From a virus, in the IMG/VR virus record IMGVR_UViG_3300026076_000001: a stretch of 64,000 bases of DNA, one strand, 5' to 3'. Positions 7,999 to 17,474 of this stretch are shown here, piece by piece. A program made the translations under genes and the position numbers. The notes under the pieces are model-generated. The model had not been told where the DNA came from and made no database searches. It saw only the letters and a list, made by a program, of their open reading frames with translations. Each line of letters starts with the position of its first letter. Positions within the stretch are counted from its first letter, which is position 1.

Positions 7999-8270
7999 TT
8001 CTTCTTCTTTTCTGGTGGGGGAAGAGGTTGCTTCTTATTATTCCATAACTTAGGATTTGCTATGCCTTCTGACTGTGTAAATTTAACAAAATTTTTCTTG
8101 TACTTGTCATAATAATGATCAAAAAGATCCACTGCTCTCTGAGCAATAGCAATGTCATAAGTCTTCTTACCATCTACCATATACTCTACAAGATAGGCAG
8201 TGTAAGGAAGTTTCTTATTGTTTGCTGCTTTAGGATCGCACTTCTCTGCAATGATCTGTATATCAGTCAT
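7995..8270 (-). CDS. Conserved cyanophage hypothetical protein
   Basis: LPYTAYLVEY...YDIAI...VDLFDHYYD; coupled ORF. Confidence 0.65.
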   Translation of the reverse strand: MTDIQIIAEKCDPKAANNKKLPYTAYLVEYMVDGKKTYDIAIAQRAVDLFDHYYDKYKKNFVKFTQSEGIANPKLWNNKKQPLPPPEKKKK

Positions 8271-8811
8271 CGATAATGTCCTGTAGGGTGAACAACGATA
8301 CGAATTCTATCTTATTATGTTCCCATATGCTATGGTCATCCATACGATCAACGATAGCTATTACTTTATTAACTGTATAACCTGCACCACGTAGTACATT
8401 AACTGCTTTCATAGCACTACCACCAGTGGTAGTTACATCCTCTAGGACTGTAACAATAGCACCCTTCGGAGGTTTTGGACCTTCGATGACTTCCTTTGTA
8501 CCATATCCTTTAGGATTCTTCCTAACGATAAGAGCATCAATGTGCCCTCCTCTATAGAATGCTCTCTGTGCTACACCAACAACCAATGGATCACCACCTA
8601 AGGTAAGACCACCAACTGCTACTGATCCAATATCCAACTTCTTTACCATTAAGGTAGATAGAAGTGCATTACCCTCACAAGATAGTGTTACAGGTTTACA
8701 ATTAATATAATGCTCTGACTCTTGGCCAGATGATAATGTAAACTGGCCACGTTTGTATGCTAACTCCTTAAGGAGTTTAAGTAACGATGCTTTATACGTT
8801 GGGTCAGTCAT
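8263..8811 (-). CDS. pyrE: Orotate phosphoribosyltransferase
   Basis: FTLSSG..S..YINCK, VRKNPKGYG, LEDVTTTGGS PRPP-binding loop. Confidence 0.92.
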   Translation of the reverse strand: MTDPTYKASLLKLLKELAYKRGQFTLSSGQESEHYINCKPVTLSCEGNALLSTLMVKKLDIGSVAVGGLTLGGDPLVVGVAQRAFYRGGHIDALIVRKNPKGYGTKEVIEGPKPPKGAIVTVLEDVTTTGGSAMKAVNVLRGAGYTVNKVIAIVDRMDDHSIWEHNKIEFVSLFTLQDIIDD

Positions 8812-8962
8812 TCAAAATCTCCATAGTTAGGTGTTCAACTTCCTCATTTTCAAACCACTCAGAAAATTCTTCCATCAAGCATAAACAAGCTTGTGGATCA
8901 CCATCATTAGCGTGATGGTGCATTCTCTGGATCACATAATCCTTGATCGGGTTCAGTTCCAT
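8804..8962 (-). CDS. Small hypothetical protein (52 aa, MELNPIKDYVIQRMHHHAND...)
   Basis: Translated by hand; bridges the nuclease gene and pyrE. Confidence 0.5.
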   Translation of the reverse strand: MELNPIKDYVIQRMHHHANDGDPQACLCLMEEFSEWFENEEVEHLTMEILND

Positions 8963-9410
8963 AATAATCTTTTCGGTAGTACCGTCCTAAGATATTGCTA
9001 TTATAGTACGCAGGGGTACCGTCTGTCAATGACTCTGTAAGAACATCACACCTGAAGAGCTGTCTCGTCTCGGAATAATTGACCCGTCCTCCCGTTCGAT
9101 GAAGGGATAAGATGGTTCGTCTGAAATTGTCACTTCCAAATCTTCTAATGTCTTCTTTAAGCTCTGGACAAGATCCGTAGTATGTTTTCCAGTTACTCTC
9201 AGACGTAACTCTCCTACCTCCACCTCTAGGCTTTCGTTTCTGCCAAAAGTATTTCCTACCGATGTATTTCCTGTTGCTCTGCTTATTTGTAATGCAGTAG
9301 ACGAAACCGAAGAGGTCGCCAATATCAGCAGAAGTGAAAGTTGTACCTTTATATACCCAGGGGTTTTCATAAACTCCTTCAACCACTGGGGTCTTTGTGG
9401 TGGTCGCCAT
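8907..9410 (-). CDS. GIY-YIG-family nuclease-like protein
   Basis: GFVYCITN...KYIGRK (GIY-YIG variant), YYGS, YYN.NI. Confidence 0.65.
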   Translation of the reverse strand: MATTTKTPVVEGVYENPWVYKGTTFTSADIGDLFGFVYCITNKQSNRKYIGRKYFWQKRKPRGGGRRVTSESNWKTYYGSCPELKEDIRRFGSDNFRRTILSLHRTGGRVNYSETRQLFRCDVLTESLTDGTPAYYNSNILGRYYRKDYYGTEPDQGLCDPENAPSR

Positions 9411-9435
9411 CCCATAATATTTGTATCTCTACCCA

Positions 9436-9442
9436 TATTTAG
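9436..9442 (-). promoter_or_regulatory. Late-promoter-like CTAAATA
   Basis: Directly upstream of ORF 8907-9410; the motif recurs at many gene starts. Confidence 0.5.
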
Positions 9443-9699
9443 TCAGTTCCACCAGGGGTCTGGTATTTCTTGATTGACTGTTCCCATTCCTTCATACTGC
9501 TCTGGCAGTCTGGTGGTTCTGGATCTACGATTCCTTTCTTCTTCTTCCAGTCGTTGTACATAGCTTGCATCATCCAACTCTGAGCGAGGGACTTCGGTCC
9601 ATTTTCTATAAGCTCGCTCTGGTATTTCCCTAGTACCTTCATCCCTCGGTACTCCTCTCGCCAACCTTCTGACGGTTCTTGTCCTGTATTTTGGGTCAT
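9439..9699 (-). CDS. Conserved cyanophage hypothetical protein
   Basis: WREEY..MK...ELIENGPKSLAQSWMMQAM; coupled to nrdB. Confidence 0.65.
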   Translation of the reverse strand: MTQNTGQEPSEGWREEYRGMKVLGKYQSELIENGPKSLAQSWMMQAMYNDWKKKKGIVDPEPPDCQSSMKEWEQSIKKYQTPGGTD

Positions 9700-10856
9700 A
9701 GTTTGAAATTAGCGAAAGTATCTTTCTTAACATCTTGTTTAATGCCTCCGATTAGATAGGATTCAACTTCAGTTTCCTGAGGTGCTACTTGTAATCCCTT
9801 TGAACTGATCCAATGTTGAGTCCAAGGCAAGGGATTATTTCTCAGGGGTTGATCATATATAGGATCAAATCCAAGAGCCTTCATTCTTTTATTAGCTATC
9901 CATTCTACGTACTGAGACAGCAAGCGATCGTTGAGACCAAGGATTGAACCATCTTTGAAGAGATATTGTGCCCATTCCTTCTCTTCATCTACACATTTTT
10001 TAAACATCTCAATGGTATTTTCCTTCTCTTCCTCAACGATCTCCTTCATTTCTGGGTCGTCTCCTTCTTGCCACTTCTTGATAATATGTTGAGTGAGGAC
10101 AAGATGCTGGTTTTCATCTCTGGCGATGAAAGAGATAATTTTAGCGGATCCTTCCATAAGCTTGAGTTCCGCAAATGCGAAAGAGCACGCAAACGAGACA
10201 TAAAATCGGATACCTTCGAGGATGTTGACATTGGCTACTGCACGGTAAAGTTTTCTCTTAAGATCCTTGCTAGTCCATTCAGAATTGATGTGGTCTCTCC
10301 AGCCAGCCTTCCATAGGTTACTTTGTCCCCACTCTGCTGCTGCATTGAGGAACTCATCGTAAGCTGATGTTACTGACTTGGCTCGATCGAGAATCTTTTT
10401 GTTATCTACAATATGATCCAGTACTTCACTGGGATCTGGATACACGTTCTTAATTATATAGGTATAGGAACGACTATGGATCATCTCCATACATTCCCAA
10501 ATAGTCATTGCTGACTCTAACTCAGGTAGAGAACAGTAAGGACCAAAAGCCATACCAGGACCACGACCTTGTACAGAGTCCAAGAGGATCTGGTACTTGA
10601 GGTTGGACGTAAAGATGTGCTTTTGCGTGTCGTTAAGAGTTTGGTAATCCGAACGGTCTTTCTGGAGCGAAACTTCTTCTGGTCTCCAAAAATAGGAGAG
10701 CATTTGTTGAGTAAGTTTCTCGAATACTGGATACTTTTGTTGATCATACCTTTGCACCCCTAGTGGTGCACCAAAAAACATAGGTTGTTTTGTAGCATCA
10801 ACGTTATGAGTGTTAAAAACAGTCATTCCGTCAATCTCAGATGGTGCATCCGTCAC
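9696..10856 (-). CDS. nrdB: Ribonucleotide reductase class Ia beta subunit
   Basis: FWRPEE, EMIHSRSY, ILEGIRFY.SF, RDENQH, VAPQETE. Confidence 0.97.
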   Translation of the reverse strand: MTDAPSEIDGMTVFNTHNVDATKQPMFFGAPLGVQRYDQQKYPVFEKLTQQMLSYFWRPEEVSLQKDRSDYQTLNDTQKHIFTSNLKYQILLDSVQGRGPGMAFGPYCSLPELESAMTIWECMEMIHSRSYTYIIKNVYPDPSEVLDHIVDNKKILDRAKSVTSAYDEFLNAAAEWGQSNLWKAGWRDHINSEWTSKDLKRKLYRAVANVNILEGIRFYVSFACSFAFAELKLMEGSAKIISFIARDENQHLVLTQHIIKKWQEGDDPEMKEIVEEEKENTIEMFKKCVDEEKEWAQYLFKDGSILGLNDRLLSQYVEWIANKRMKALGFDPIYDQPLRNNPLPWTQHWISSKGLQVAPQETEVESYLIGGIKQDVKKDTFANFKL

Positions 10857-13212
10857 AGGGTTCCTCCTCGGCAGTGTTTTCTATTTGCTCTAACAAATCA
10901 TCCACAGGGATGTCATCTTTCCACCCAATTGGGTGTGCAGGTTCGTCAAAGTCTTGCTTATTATCATATGTATTCTGATAATAAGAAGTCTTCCATCCAT
11001 ACCGATAGGTCTTTAAAAGATCCTCTGCCATCACGGACACTGGTACCTCGTTACCCTCGTAATTAAGGGGATTATAAGACCAGTTACCACTGATTGCTTG
11101 GTCAAAGAACTTCTGCATTATAGCAACAATTTTTATGTAGCCATCGTTATCTTGTTGATCCCATAACAAAGTATAGTCATTCTTATGTGCCACGTACTGA
11201 GGTACGATCTGTTTAAGAACACCCTTCTTACTCTTCTTGACTGAAAGGAAGTCACGTGGTGGTTCAATACCATTGGTAGTACCACAGACCACACTACTAG
11301 ACTCTGACGGCATCTGTGCAGTCAGTGTAGAGTTACGCAATCCATAGTTCCAGATATCATCTTTGAGAGTATCCCAATCCATAGTGTACTCAAACTTCTC
11401 ACCCAACATTGGTTGTCCTTCCATTCCACCACCTTCTTGACCAATCTGTACAGTCTTACAGAACTCATCAATATCCTGTTTATAATGGTCAATAGGTACT
11501 TCCTTAGCAGCATACTTAGTCTGATCAAATCCTGAACAAGGACCATACTCCCTAGCAAGTTGATTAGATGCCTTCAGTAGATAGTATTGGAACTTTTCAG
11601 ACAATATATGAACTGCTTTCCAAGCTTTCCAATCATTGTATTTGAATCCTAGTTTAGCGAGGTAGTGTGCGAGTCCAATGAATCCAATACCTAGCGACCG
11701 ACGTGACTTAGTAGCACTCTCTGCTGCTTTCACAGGGTATTCTTGATAGTCAATCAATACATCTAGTGAACGTACTGATAGATCACATAGTTTCTCTAAC
11801 TGTTGCCAACTCTTCAACTTACTGAGATTAACAGCAGATAGAATACATAGTGCAATTTCTCCACTACCATCAATATGTTGTAGAGGATCAGTAGGTAGAG
11901 TGATCTCTTGACAAAGATTACTCATCTTAACAGGTACTTGGAAAGAACTATGAGAGTTACAATGGTCAATATTCATAATGTATATACGACCAGTCTCTGC
12001 CCTCTCCTTAAGGAGGTTAAGAATGAGTTCTTGTGCCCTAATTGTCTTCTTAGGAATGAGTGGATTATTCTCTGCTGCTACATACAACTCATCAAAGTTT
12101 GGTCCACCAAACTCCTCATACATTTCAGGTACATCGTGAGGAGAGAAGAGTGTAATATCTCCATCATCAATAAACCTTTGATAAAATATCTTACTTAACT
12201 GGATGGAGTAGTCGAGTTTTCTGACTCGGTTGTCTTCTGTTCCTTTGTTGTTTTTGAGGACGATGATGTCTTCGATTTCTTTATGCCAAATGGGAAAATG
12301 GACAGTAGCTGATCCTCCTCTGATACCGTTTTGAGTACAGCATCTAACAGTGCTCTCGAATTTTTTAAGGAAGGGGACAACACCTGTGTGCTGAACTTCT
12401 CCACCCCTGATTTTACTGTTGATTCCACGGATTCTGCCTGCGTTAATGCCGATACCAGCCCTCTGTGCGACATATTTGCCAATAGCCATATCACTGCTAA
12501 AGATACTATCGAGGGTGTCATCAGTATCAACCAGAACACAAGATGCATATTGACGAATGGGTGTCCTGACTCCCGCCATAATGGGGGTTGGGAGGTTGAG
12601 TTGGTGCTTGCTGATTGCATCGTAATAATCTTTTACGTATTTTAAACGAGTCTCTAAAGGATACACTGAGAAGATTGTAGCCGCAATCAATATGTACATT
12701 TGTTGCGGAGACTCATAGATTTCTCCAGTGCTTCTATCTTGCACCAGATACTTATCTACAACCTGTCTCAATCCAGCATAGGTAAACTGGTCATCCCTGT
12801 CATAATCTATATAGTTGTTGATCCTATCCCACTCAACATCATTATAACTTGCCCACAAGTTTTGATCATAGATGCCTTTATCTGCACCTTTAAAGAGATG
12901 ATCCTTAATATGAGGGTGTGTACGATTCCTACCAAATAATTTCTTACGTAACTGTACGCTAAGTAACCTTGCAGCAACATATTGATAGTTAGGATGCTCA
13001 AGGTCAATCAAATCACTTGCAGATCGTACCAAAATCTCTTGGATATCTTCAGTTTTAATGTTGTCGTGGAATTGTAGGTTGGATTGAATCTCCACCTGAG
13101 ATGCAGATACACCTGAAAGACCTTCACAAGCCTCTTCCACCATATTGTGTACCTTATTGAGGTCAAGTTCTTCAACTTTACCTCTGCGTTTAATTACTTG
13201 CATCTTTTCCAT
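10837..13212 (-). CDS. nrdA: Ribonucleotide reductase class Ia alpha subunit
   Basis: ATP cone, SCVL, SNLCQEI, QMPSESSS, KTSYY, C-terminal CDGC. Confidence 0.97.
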   Translation of the reverse strand: MEKMQVIKRRGKVEELDLNKVHNMVEEACEGLSGVSASQVEIQSNLQFHDNIKTEDIQEILVRSASDLIDLEHPNYQYVAARLLSVQLRKKLFGRNRTHPHIKDHLFKGADKGIYDQNLWASYNDVEWDRINNYIDYDRDDQFTYAGLRQVVDKYLVQDRSTGEIYESPQQMYILIAATIFSVYPLETRLKYVKDYYDAISKHQLNLPTPIMAGVRTPIRQYASCVLVDTDDTLDSIFSSDMAIGKYVAQRAGIGINAGRIRGINSKIRGGEVQHTGVVPFLKKFESTVRCCTQNGIRGGSATVHFPIWHKEIEDIIVLKNNKGTEDNRVRKLDYSIQLSKIFYQRFIDDGDITLFSPHDVPEMYEEFGGPNFDELYVAAENNPLIPKKTIRAQELILNLLKERAETGRIYIMNIDHCNSHSSFQVPVKMSNLCQEITLPTDPLQHIDGSGEIALCILSAVNLSKLKSWQQLEKLCDLSVRSLDVLIDYQEYPVKAAESATKSRRSLGIGFIGLAHYLAKLGFKYNDWKAWKAVHILSEKFQYYLLKASNQLAREYGPCSGFDQTKYAAKEVPIDHYKQDIDEFCKTVQIGQEGGGMEGQPMLGEKFEYTMDWDTLKDDIWNYGLRNSTLTAQMPSESSSVVCGTTNGIEPPRDFLSVKKSKKGVLKQIVPQYVAHKNDYTLLWDQQDNDGYIKIVAIMQKFFDQAISGNWSYNPLNYEGNEVPVSVMAEDLLKTYRYGWKTSYYQNTYDNKQDFDEPAHPIGWKDDIPVDDLLEQIENTAEEEPCDGCTI

Positions 13213-14189
13213 TCAGTTAGTTTTACGGTTGCTTCGAGTCCTTTATACGTATTAGATTTTATCACGTCAAGGACATTATGTCTAGCTAATATCATATCAT
13301 TGATATCTTTTTGCTGGATATTTGAGGGCCATATGACGATGGCATCTCCTGAGGCGATGGTTTTTCCCATACGTCCGACGATCTGGGGATTACGAGGTTC
13401 GTTATCGTAGATCCACACAGTATCGCTAATCCCCCTACTACTGAGATGAACGTCAGCTCCACACATAGCAATCGCTTGTGGAATGAAAGCTGCGTCCAAC
13501 GGTCCTTCAAGGACGTAGATAGTTTTAGTTTTGTCAACATCACTTAATCCATATACTTTGGGTACATCTTCTTCTAACATTACTGTAACGTAACGCAGTT
13601 TATCTTTTGGATCTAAGGATCTACCTTGATATCCAAATAAATTACCTTCCTCATCTAACAAAGGAATAATGATACGAGACTCCTCACTATCACTACTCTG
13701 GTAAGTTGGTTTTAGAGTGTTAGTCCACTCTTTAAACTTCTCAGCATAATAAAATTTTGATAAGTCTGGTATCTTTCTTCGCTCTAAGTATTCCCTTGCA
13801 GGGTGTCCTATATTTAGCTCAGAAACACGTGGTAAGTTTACGGTTTTCTTCTTCTTAAATACAGGTTTTTTGAACTTTGGAGTCACCACCTGACGTTTGC
13901 GTGAACCAGATGATTCCTTAAATTTTTCTAAGTTATATTGTTCCCACAAAACCTTGTCTTGATCCTGTAAGAAATTAAAAAATGCCTTCGAGACACCACA
14001 ATTGTGGCACTTGAAGACAAGTCCTGTCTTGGTACTAAAAAGGTATCCCCTTGCTTTTGACTTCCGCTTGGCAGAGTCACCACAGTAAGGACACCTGAAG
14101 TTATAAAGACCTGATTTTTTTGTACTAAAGTTCTGGAGTCTAGCTGAGACTAGAGACACGTACTGAAGGTCTAGGTAATTCATAGACAT
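13194..14189 (-). CDS. gp61: DNA primase
   Basis: NFRCPYCGDS...KCHNC Zn finger; TOPRIM VLEGPLD and DNEPRN. Confidence 0.93.
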   Translation of the reverse strand: MSMNYLDLQYVSLVSARLQNFSTKKSGLYNFRCPYCGDSAKRKSKARGYLFSTKTGLVFKCHNCGVSKAFFNFLQDQDKVLWEQYNLEKFKESSGSRKRQVVTPKFKKPVFKKKKTVNLPRVSELNIGHPAREYLERRKIPDLSKFYYAEKFKEWTNTLKPTYQSSDSEESRIIIPLLDEEGNLFGYQGRSLDPKDKLRYVTVMLEEDVPKVYGLSDVDKTKTIYVLEGPLDAAFIPQAIAMCGADVHLSSRGISDTVWIYDNEPRNPQIVGRMGKTIASGDAIVIWPSNIQQKDINDMILARHNVLDVIKSNTYKGLEATVKLTEWKRCK

Positions 14190-14556
14190 CCAGTATACTC
14201 ACATCTTGTGGAGGTGTCAAGGTCTTCATTAAGGACTGACCTGGTATGGATACTAGGAAACTGATGACACTGAGGGCACCGAAGATAGTCCACATCTTCT
14301 TTTCCATCAATCTCAGACGATCATCTACCTTGCGAATATCTCTCTCACATCCCGCTTTAATTTCTGTAGCCTGACGGTTAACTTCTCTATGAAGCGATTC
14401 AACTTTCTCGAATAATACCGCATCTATCCTATCTTGCTTGTCAAGCTTTTCATTATGGACAGCAAGAAGCTGTCCCATCTTCATTGAATTGTCTTGGAGA
14501 GTATCAACTACCTTCTCCAGCCGCTCTAGAATAGCAGCATTGATACTCTCAGCCAT
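14140..14556 (-). CDS. Coiled-coil protein with C-terminal hydrophobic segment
   Basis: Heptad-rich, then WTIFGALSVISFLVSI. Confidence 0.65.
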   Translation of the reverse strand: MAESINAAILERLEKVVDTLQDNSMKMGQLLAVHNEKLDKQDRIDAVLFEKVESLHREVNRQATEIKAGCERDIRKVDDRLRLMEKKMWTIFGALSVISFLVSIPGQSLMKTLTPPQDVSILDVYELPRPSVRVSSLS

Positions 14557-14558
14557 TA

Positions 14559-15218
14559 TCAGTTTTTAACTGCGAAATCTACCGCTTTCAGATAGGTTTC
14601 TGGTGAATGGTTCAGCATCTGACGGAACTTGATCTGGTTAGCAGGGTCAAGTTGACTGTATACATCTGTTACTCTCTTAGCAGAGTATGTATCCATCTTC
14701 ATTGTCTTGTCACCCACTGCGATGTCAGCAAAACCTTGCTGATCACCGACCTTTTTGTCCACTAGACCTACTGCTGTGTCAAGTACATCGACTTCAACAG
14801 ACTCTTTCTTTAATTTCTTTGTTTGATCAGAAGCTTTCTTCTTAAAATCAGAGAGACGTGCTTTCATAAGGACATCCATTTCCTTAGTCTTAGACTGCAT
14901 CTTCTTCTTAGCTTCATCACGCTTCTTCTGAAGATCTTTTTGACGACCCAACTTTTTCTGTTGAGAGATTTGCTTCTGAGCTCTTTCGGTCTCAGTTGCT
15001 GCTTCAGTGATTTTTTTAGATTCTTCAGCCATTTTTTTGTTGCGACCTGACATTATACGAGAGACTAATTTACGACCAGCTTTGGTACGACCATCATAGC
15101 TAGCAGAATTGTTCTTCTTATATTTAGAACGGTTCTTTTTTCCAACAATAATATGAGCAGGAGGCAGAGCAATTCTACTGCCATCGCCAGCTGAATTTAC
15201 GGGTGCATCCTCATTCAT
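14559..15218 (-). CDS. Conserved basic coiled-coil hypothetical protein
   Basis: DAPVNSAGDG, YDGRTK; Lys-rich middle. Confidence 0.65.
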   Translation of the reverse strand: MNEDAPVNSAGDGSRIALPPAHIIVGKKNRSKYKKNNSASYDGRTKAGRKLVSRIMSGRNKKMAEESKKITEAATETERAQKQISQQKKLGRQKDLQKKRDEAKKKMQSKTKEMDVLMKARLSDFKKKASDQTKKLKKESVEVDVLDTAVGLVDKKVGDQQGFADIAVGDKTMKMDTYSAKRVTDVYSQLDPANQIKFRQMLNHSPETYLKAVDFAVKN

Positions 15219-15574
15219 AATAGTGTTAGTTCTCCTATGGTGTATGTATCTAAGTAAGGATCGTCAAGTTCTTGTGGTAAGTAGTTTAGATACTTTAAGA
15301 ATGACTTGAGCATACTCCAGTACTTATCATCTATCTTATGAAATAGCATCGGTGTAGATGCTTCACCAAAAACATTCTGTAGTACTATAATATGATTGAG
15401 AATTAGGTGAGACTTAAGCTCTCCTGTCTTCTCATACCTTTTCAACAACCGTTTAATATATTTAAAACGCTTCAAATCCTCAAGGAAGTCATCGTAAGTT
15501 ATTCCTTGAGGATTTTCATAGTGTTTAGAAGCGAATAGAAGGAAGTTGTCATCATTTAGAAATTCAAATTTCAT
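15215..15574 (-). CDS. Conserved T4-like phage hypothetical protein
   Basis: F.EDLKRFKYIKRLL...LILNHII.L.NVFG. Confidence 0.7.
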   Translation of the reverse strand: MKFEFLNDDNFLLFASKHYENPQGITYDDFLEDLKRFKYIKRLLKRYEKTGELKSHLILNHIIVLQNVFGEASTPMLFHKIDDKYWSMLKSFLKYLNYLPQELDDPYLDTYTIGELTLL

Positions 15575-15586
15575 CCCTCATCAAAA

Positions 15587-16228
15587 TTATGCGAATGTAA
15601 TTGACTTATATGCAGATGTTACTTCTTCTGCACCACCAGCAGATGTTATTTTAACACGATACTCATATCCGTCAAGTGCTGCTTTAGTACCTGCGGTAAT
15701 TGTGAGTGCTGTTGCTGCTCCTGAAGTTACACTAGCTGCTGCTCCAGTGTTACCATATACTCCACCGTCTAGTGAAGATGTGATGTTAACCCAACGAAGT
15801 CCTGTTGCAGTCTTACGTTGCCACTGTGTGCTAAGTGCTGATGAGTCACTTGATGCAGCAGTAACTGTAAGTGCACTTGTAGTAACGGGGTCACTAAGAC
15901 CTGTTAGTGCTACTAGATCCTGACTGAATGTGATTGCAGATGCTGCGTCAGCAACGATACTGTCATCACTCTGTGTCTCGTCTGCGTTTGCCTCTGGATC
16001 TGTTAGAGGAACAAGAAGTTCTGCTTTGTGGCGAGAATTGCCAGCAGTATCTGTATATGTAACGTAATTCCACCAACCTGGACCTGTAAGTCCACGCTCT
16101 TGGTTTTCGCTAAGTGCTGCCTCAGTTGCGTCAACGAAGACGACAGTACTTCCACTAGCGTCTGCTACAACGGTAGTGGCAACTTTTGTCTTGTTGGCGT
16201 TACTGTCAGTATCTCCGTAAAGTGCCAT
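15587..16228 (-). CDS. Virion structural protein with C-terminal Ig-like domain
   Basis: GWWNY.TYTD..G..RHKAE; TQWQ...YEYRVKIT I-set-like pattern; late promoter upstream. Confidence 0.6.
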   Translation of the reverse strand: MALYGDTDSNANKTKVATTVVADASGSTVVFVDATEAALSENQERGLTGPGWWNYVTYTDTAGNSRHKAELLVPLTDPEANADETQSDDSIVADAASAITFSQDLVALTGLSDPVTTSALTVTAASSDSSALSTQWQRKTATGLRWVNITSSLDGGVYGNTGAAASVTSGAATALTITAGTKAALDGYEYRVKITSAGGAEEVTSAYKSITFA

Positions 16229-16245
16229 TGTTTTTACCTTTTAAG

Positions 16246-16252
16246 TATTTAG
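16246..16252 (-). promoter_or_regulatory. Late-promoter-like CTAAATA
   Basis: Upstream of 15587-16228. Confidence 0.5.
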
Positions 16253-16836
16253 TGTGAGACAATTAGACCAGTTACCTTACCGACTGCATCGGTAGTACCA
16301 ACTTTCTGGTTCTGAATAGAAGCTTTAAGCGTTGCTTTGTTAGAATTAAAACCATCCATAGCACGCTTATTGATCCTATCTGCTTCAGACTGATCAATAT
16401 CAAGCCATTGTCCAGTCCTAATGATAGCATCACAATCAGCAGCTTCAACAGTATCAGCAGCTTCAGTAGTAGATAATACTGCTTTTAAAATTCCACCTCC
16501 TACTTCATCATCAAAACCTGTACCAGACTTTCCAATAGGAATCTCAACATCCAGAACCTGACCTTTAGTATTCAGAACAACACGGAACTCTGCACCACGA
16601 TGGTTAACATTGTCTCCGTTTGCATCTACCAACTGTACAGTAGGAATAGACTTGTACTTTCCTGAAGAGTTTACTCGCACACGATCGAGTTGACCCTTCT
16701 CATCATAGTTACCTAAGAAGTATTTGATGGTACCATCACTTTGTGGTACCTGAGTTACAGTTCCACCATCCTGACGGATGTCAAACTTTGGTACCCAATC
16801 GTTACGATCGTCTGCCATAGTCATTTTATTACACAA
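16249..16836 (-). CDS. Hypothetical late protein
   Basis: Long ORF after TATAAATA; true start probably MADDRNDW. Confidence 0.65.
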   Translation of the reverse strand: MCNKMTMADDRNDWVPKFDIRQDGGTVTQVPQSDGTIKYFLGNYDEKGQLDRVRVNSSGKYKSIPTVQLVDANGDNVNHRGAEFRVVLNTKGQVLDVEIPIGKSGTGFDDEVGGGILKAVLSTTEAADTVEAADCDAIIRTGQWLDIDQSEADRINKRAMDGFNSNKATLKASIQNQKVGTTDAVGKVTGLIVSH

Positions 16837-16851
16837 ACTATTGTCTGTGTC

Positions 16852-16859
16852 TATTTATA
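16852..16859 (-). promoter_or_regulatory. T4-type late promoter TATAAATA
   Basis: Exact consensus, intergenic. Confidence 0.7.
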
Positions 16860-16870
16860 AAACTTTAAGA

Positions 16871-17059
16871 CTATCCCTCTAGCAAAGCTTTCTGTAGTGC
16901 ATCTACCAACTGGTCATCTACCTTGTTACCAGTCTTAGCAGCTGCCTTCTTCAGGAGCTTAATGAGGAAATCTTTAATTACTGAGTCCAGATCTTCTGGA
17001 ATTCTATCAACAGCCTTATTAATGATGCTGATAGCTATAGGCATTAGAAAATTGATCAT
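16871..17059 (-). CDS. Small conserved hypothetical protein
   Basis: 62 aa, amphipathic; CTAAATA at 17081-17087 upstream. Confidence 0.6.
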   Translation of the reverse strand: MINFLMPIAISIINKAVDRIPEDLDSVIKDFLIKLLKKAAAKTGNKVDDQLVDALQKALLEG

Positions 17060-17079
17060 TTCAATTCAAACAAGTTGTT

Positions 17080-17244
17080 TTATTTAGGCTCTTGTACTGC
17101 TTTTTTCTTGGGAAGTAAACGTTTCTTTGCCTTCTTCTTCATTAACTCCTTCGGATCATCCGTGTCGGAATTAATCTCAGGCATAATCTCTATTTCAGAG
17201 GTATCCTCAGGAAGTTCTGCTCTTAGTTGGTAGAATGTTTTCAT
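17080..17244 (-). CDS. Small hypothetical protein
   Basis: Start MKTFYQL at 17244 (ATGA coupling). Confidence 0.5.
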   Translation of the reverse strand: MKTFYQLRAELPEDTSEIEIMPEINSDTDDPKELMKKKAKKRLLPKKKAVQEPK

Positions 17245-17474
17245 AGTACTGAATACTCCTCCAGATCTTTTACCCAAGATCTAAAAATTTTGTTGTCTTC
17301 TGCTAGTGCTATTATATAGTTAGGTCCACGGCGAATTACCTTACCCACCTTACCATTACTGATGTTCTTGACCCAATCACCTTCGCAAAAGACCTGATCG
17401 TGACGGAAATCCTCTTGGACTTCACGTTCAAATCTCTCTGTTATATTGGTACGAAACTGTTTAAAGGATTTCAT
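17241..17474 (-). CDS. Small hypothetical protein (SH3-like beta pattern)
   Basis: MKSFKQF...GDWVKN...GKVIRRGPNYII. Confidence 0.6.
   Translation of the reverse strand: MKSFKQFRTNITERFEREVQEDFRHDQVFCEGDWVKNISNGKVGKVIRRGPNYIIALAEDNKIFRSWVKDLEEYSVL

Noticed and set aside
9026-9436. 136-aa alternative-frame ORF over the GIY-YIG gene (and the 96-aa ORF at 9443-9733)
   Set aside because: Each is nested over a better-supported gene on the same strand, with low-complexity Ser/Leu/Arg composition and no motifs; most likely a frame shadow.
11380-11460. Gly-rich insertion-like segment in NrdA (VQIGQEGGGMEGQPMLGEK)
   Set aside because: Too short for an intein, with no splice-junction residues; likely a surface loop.
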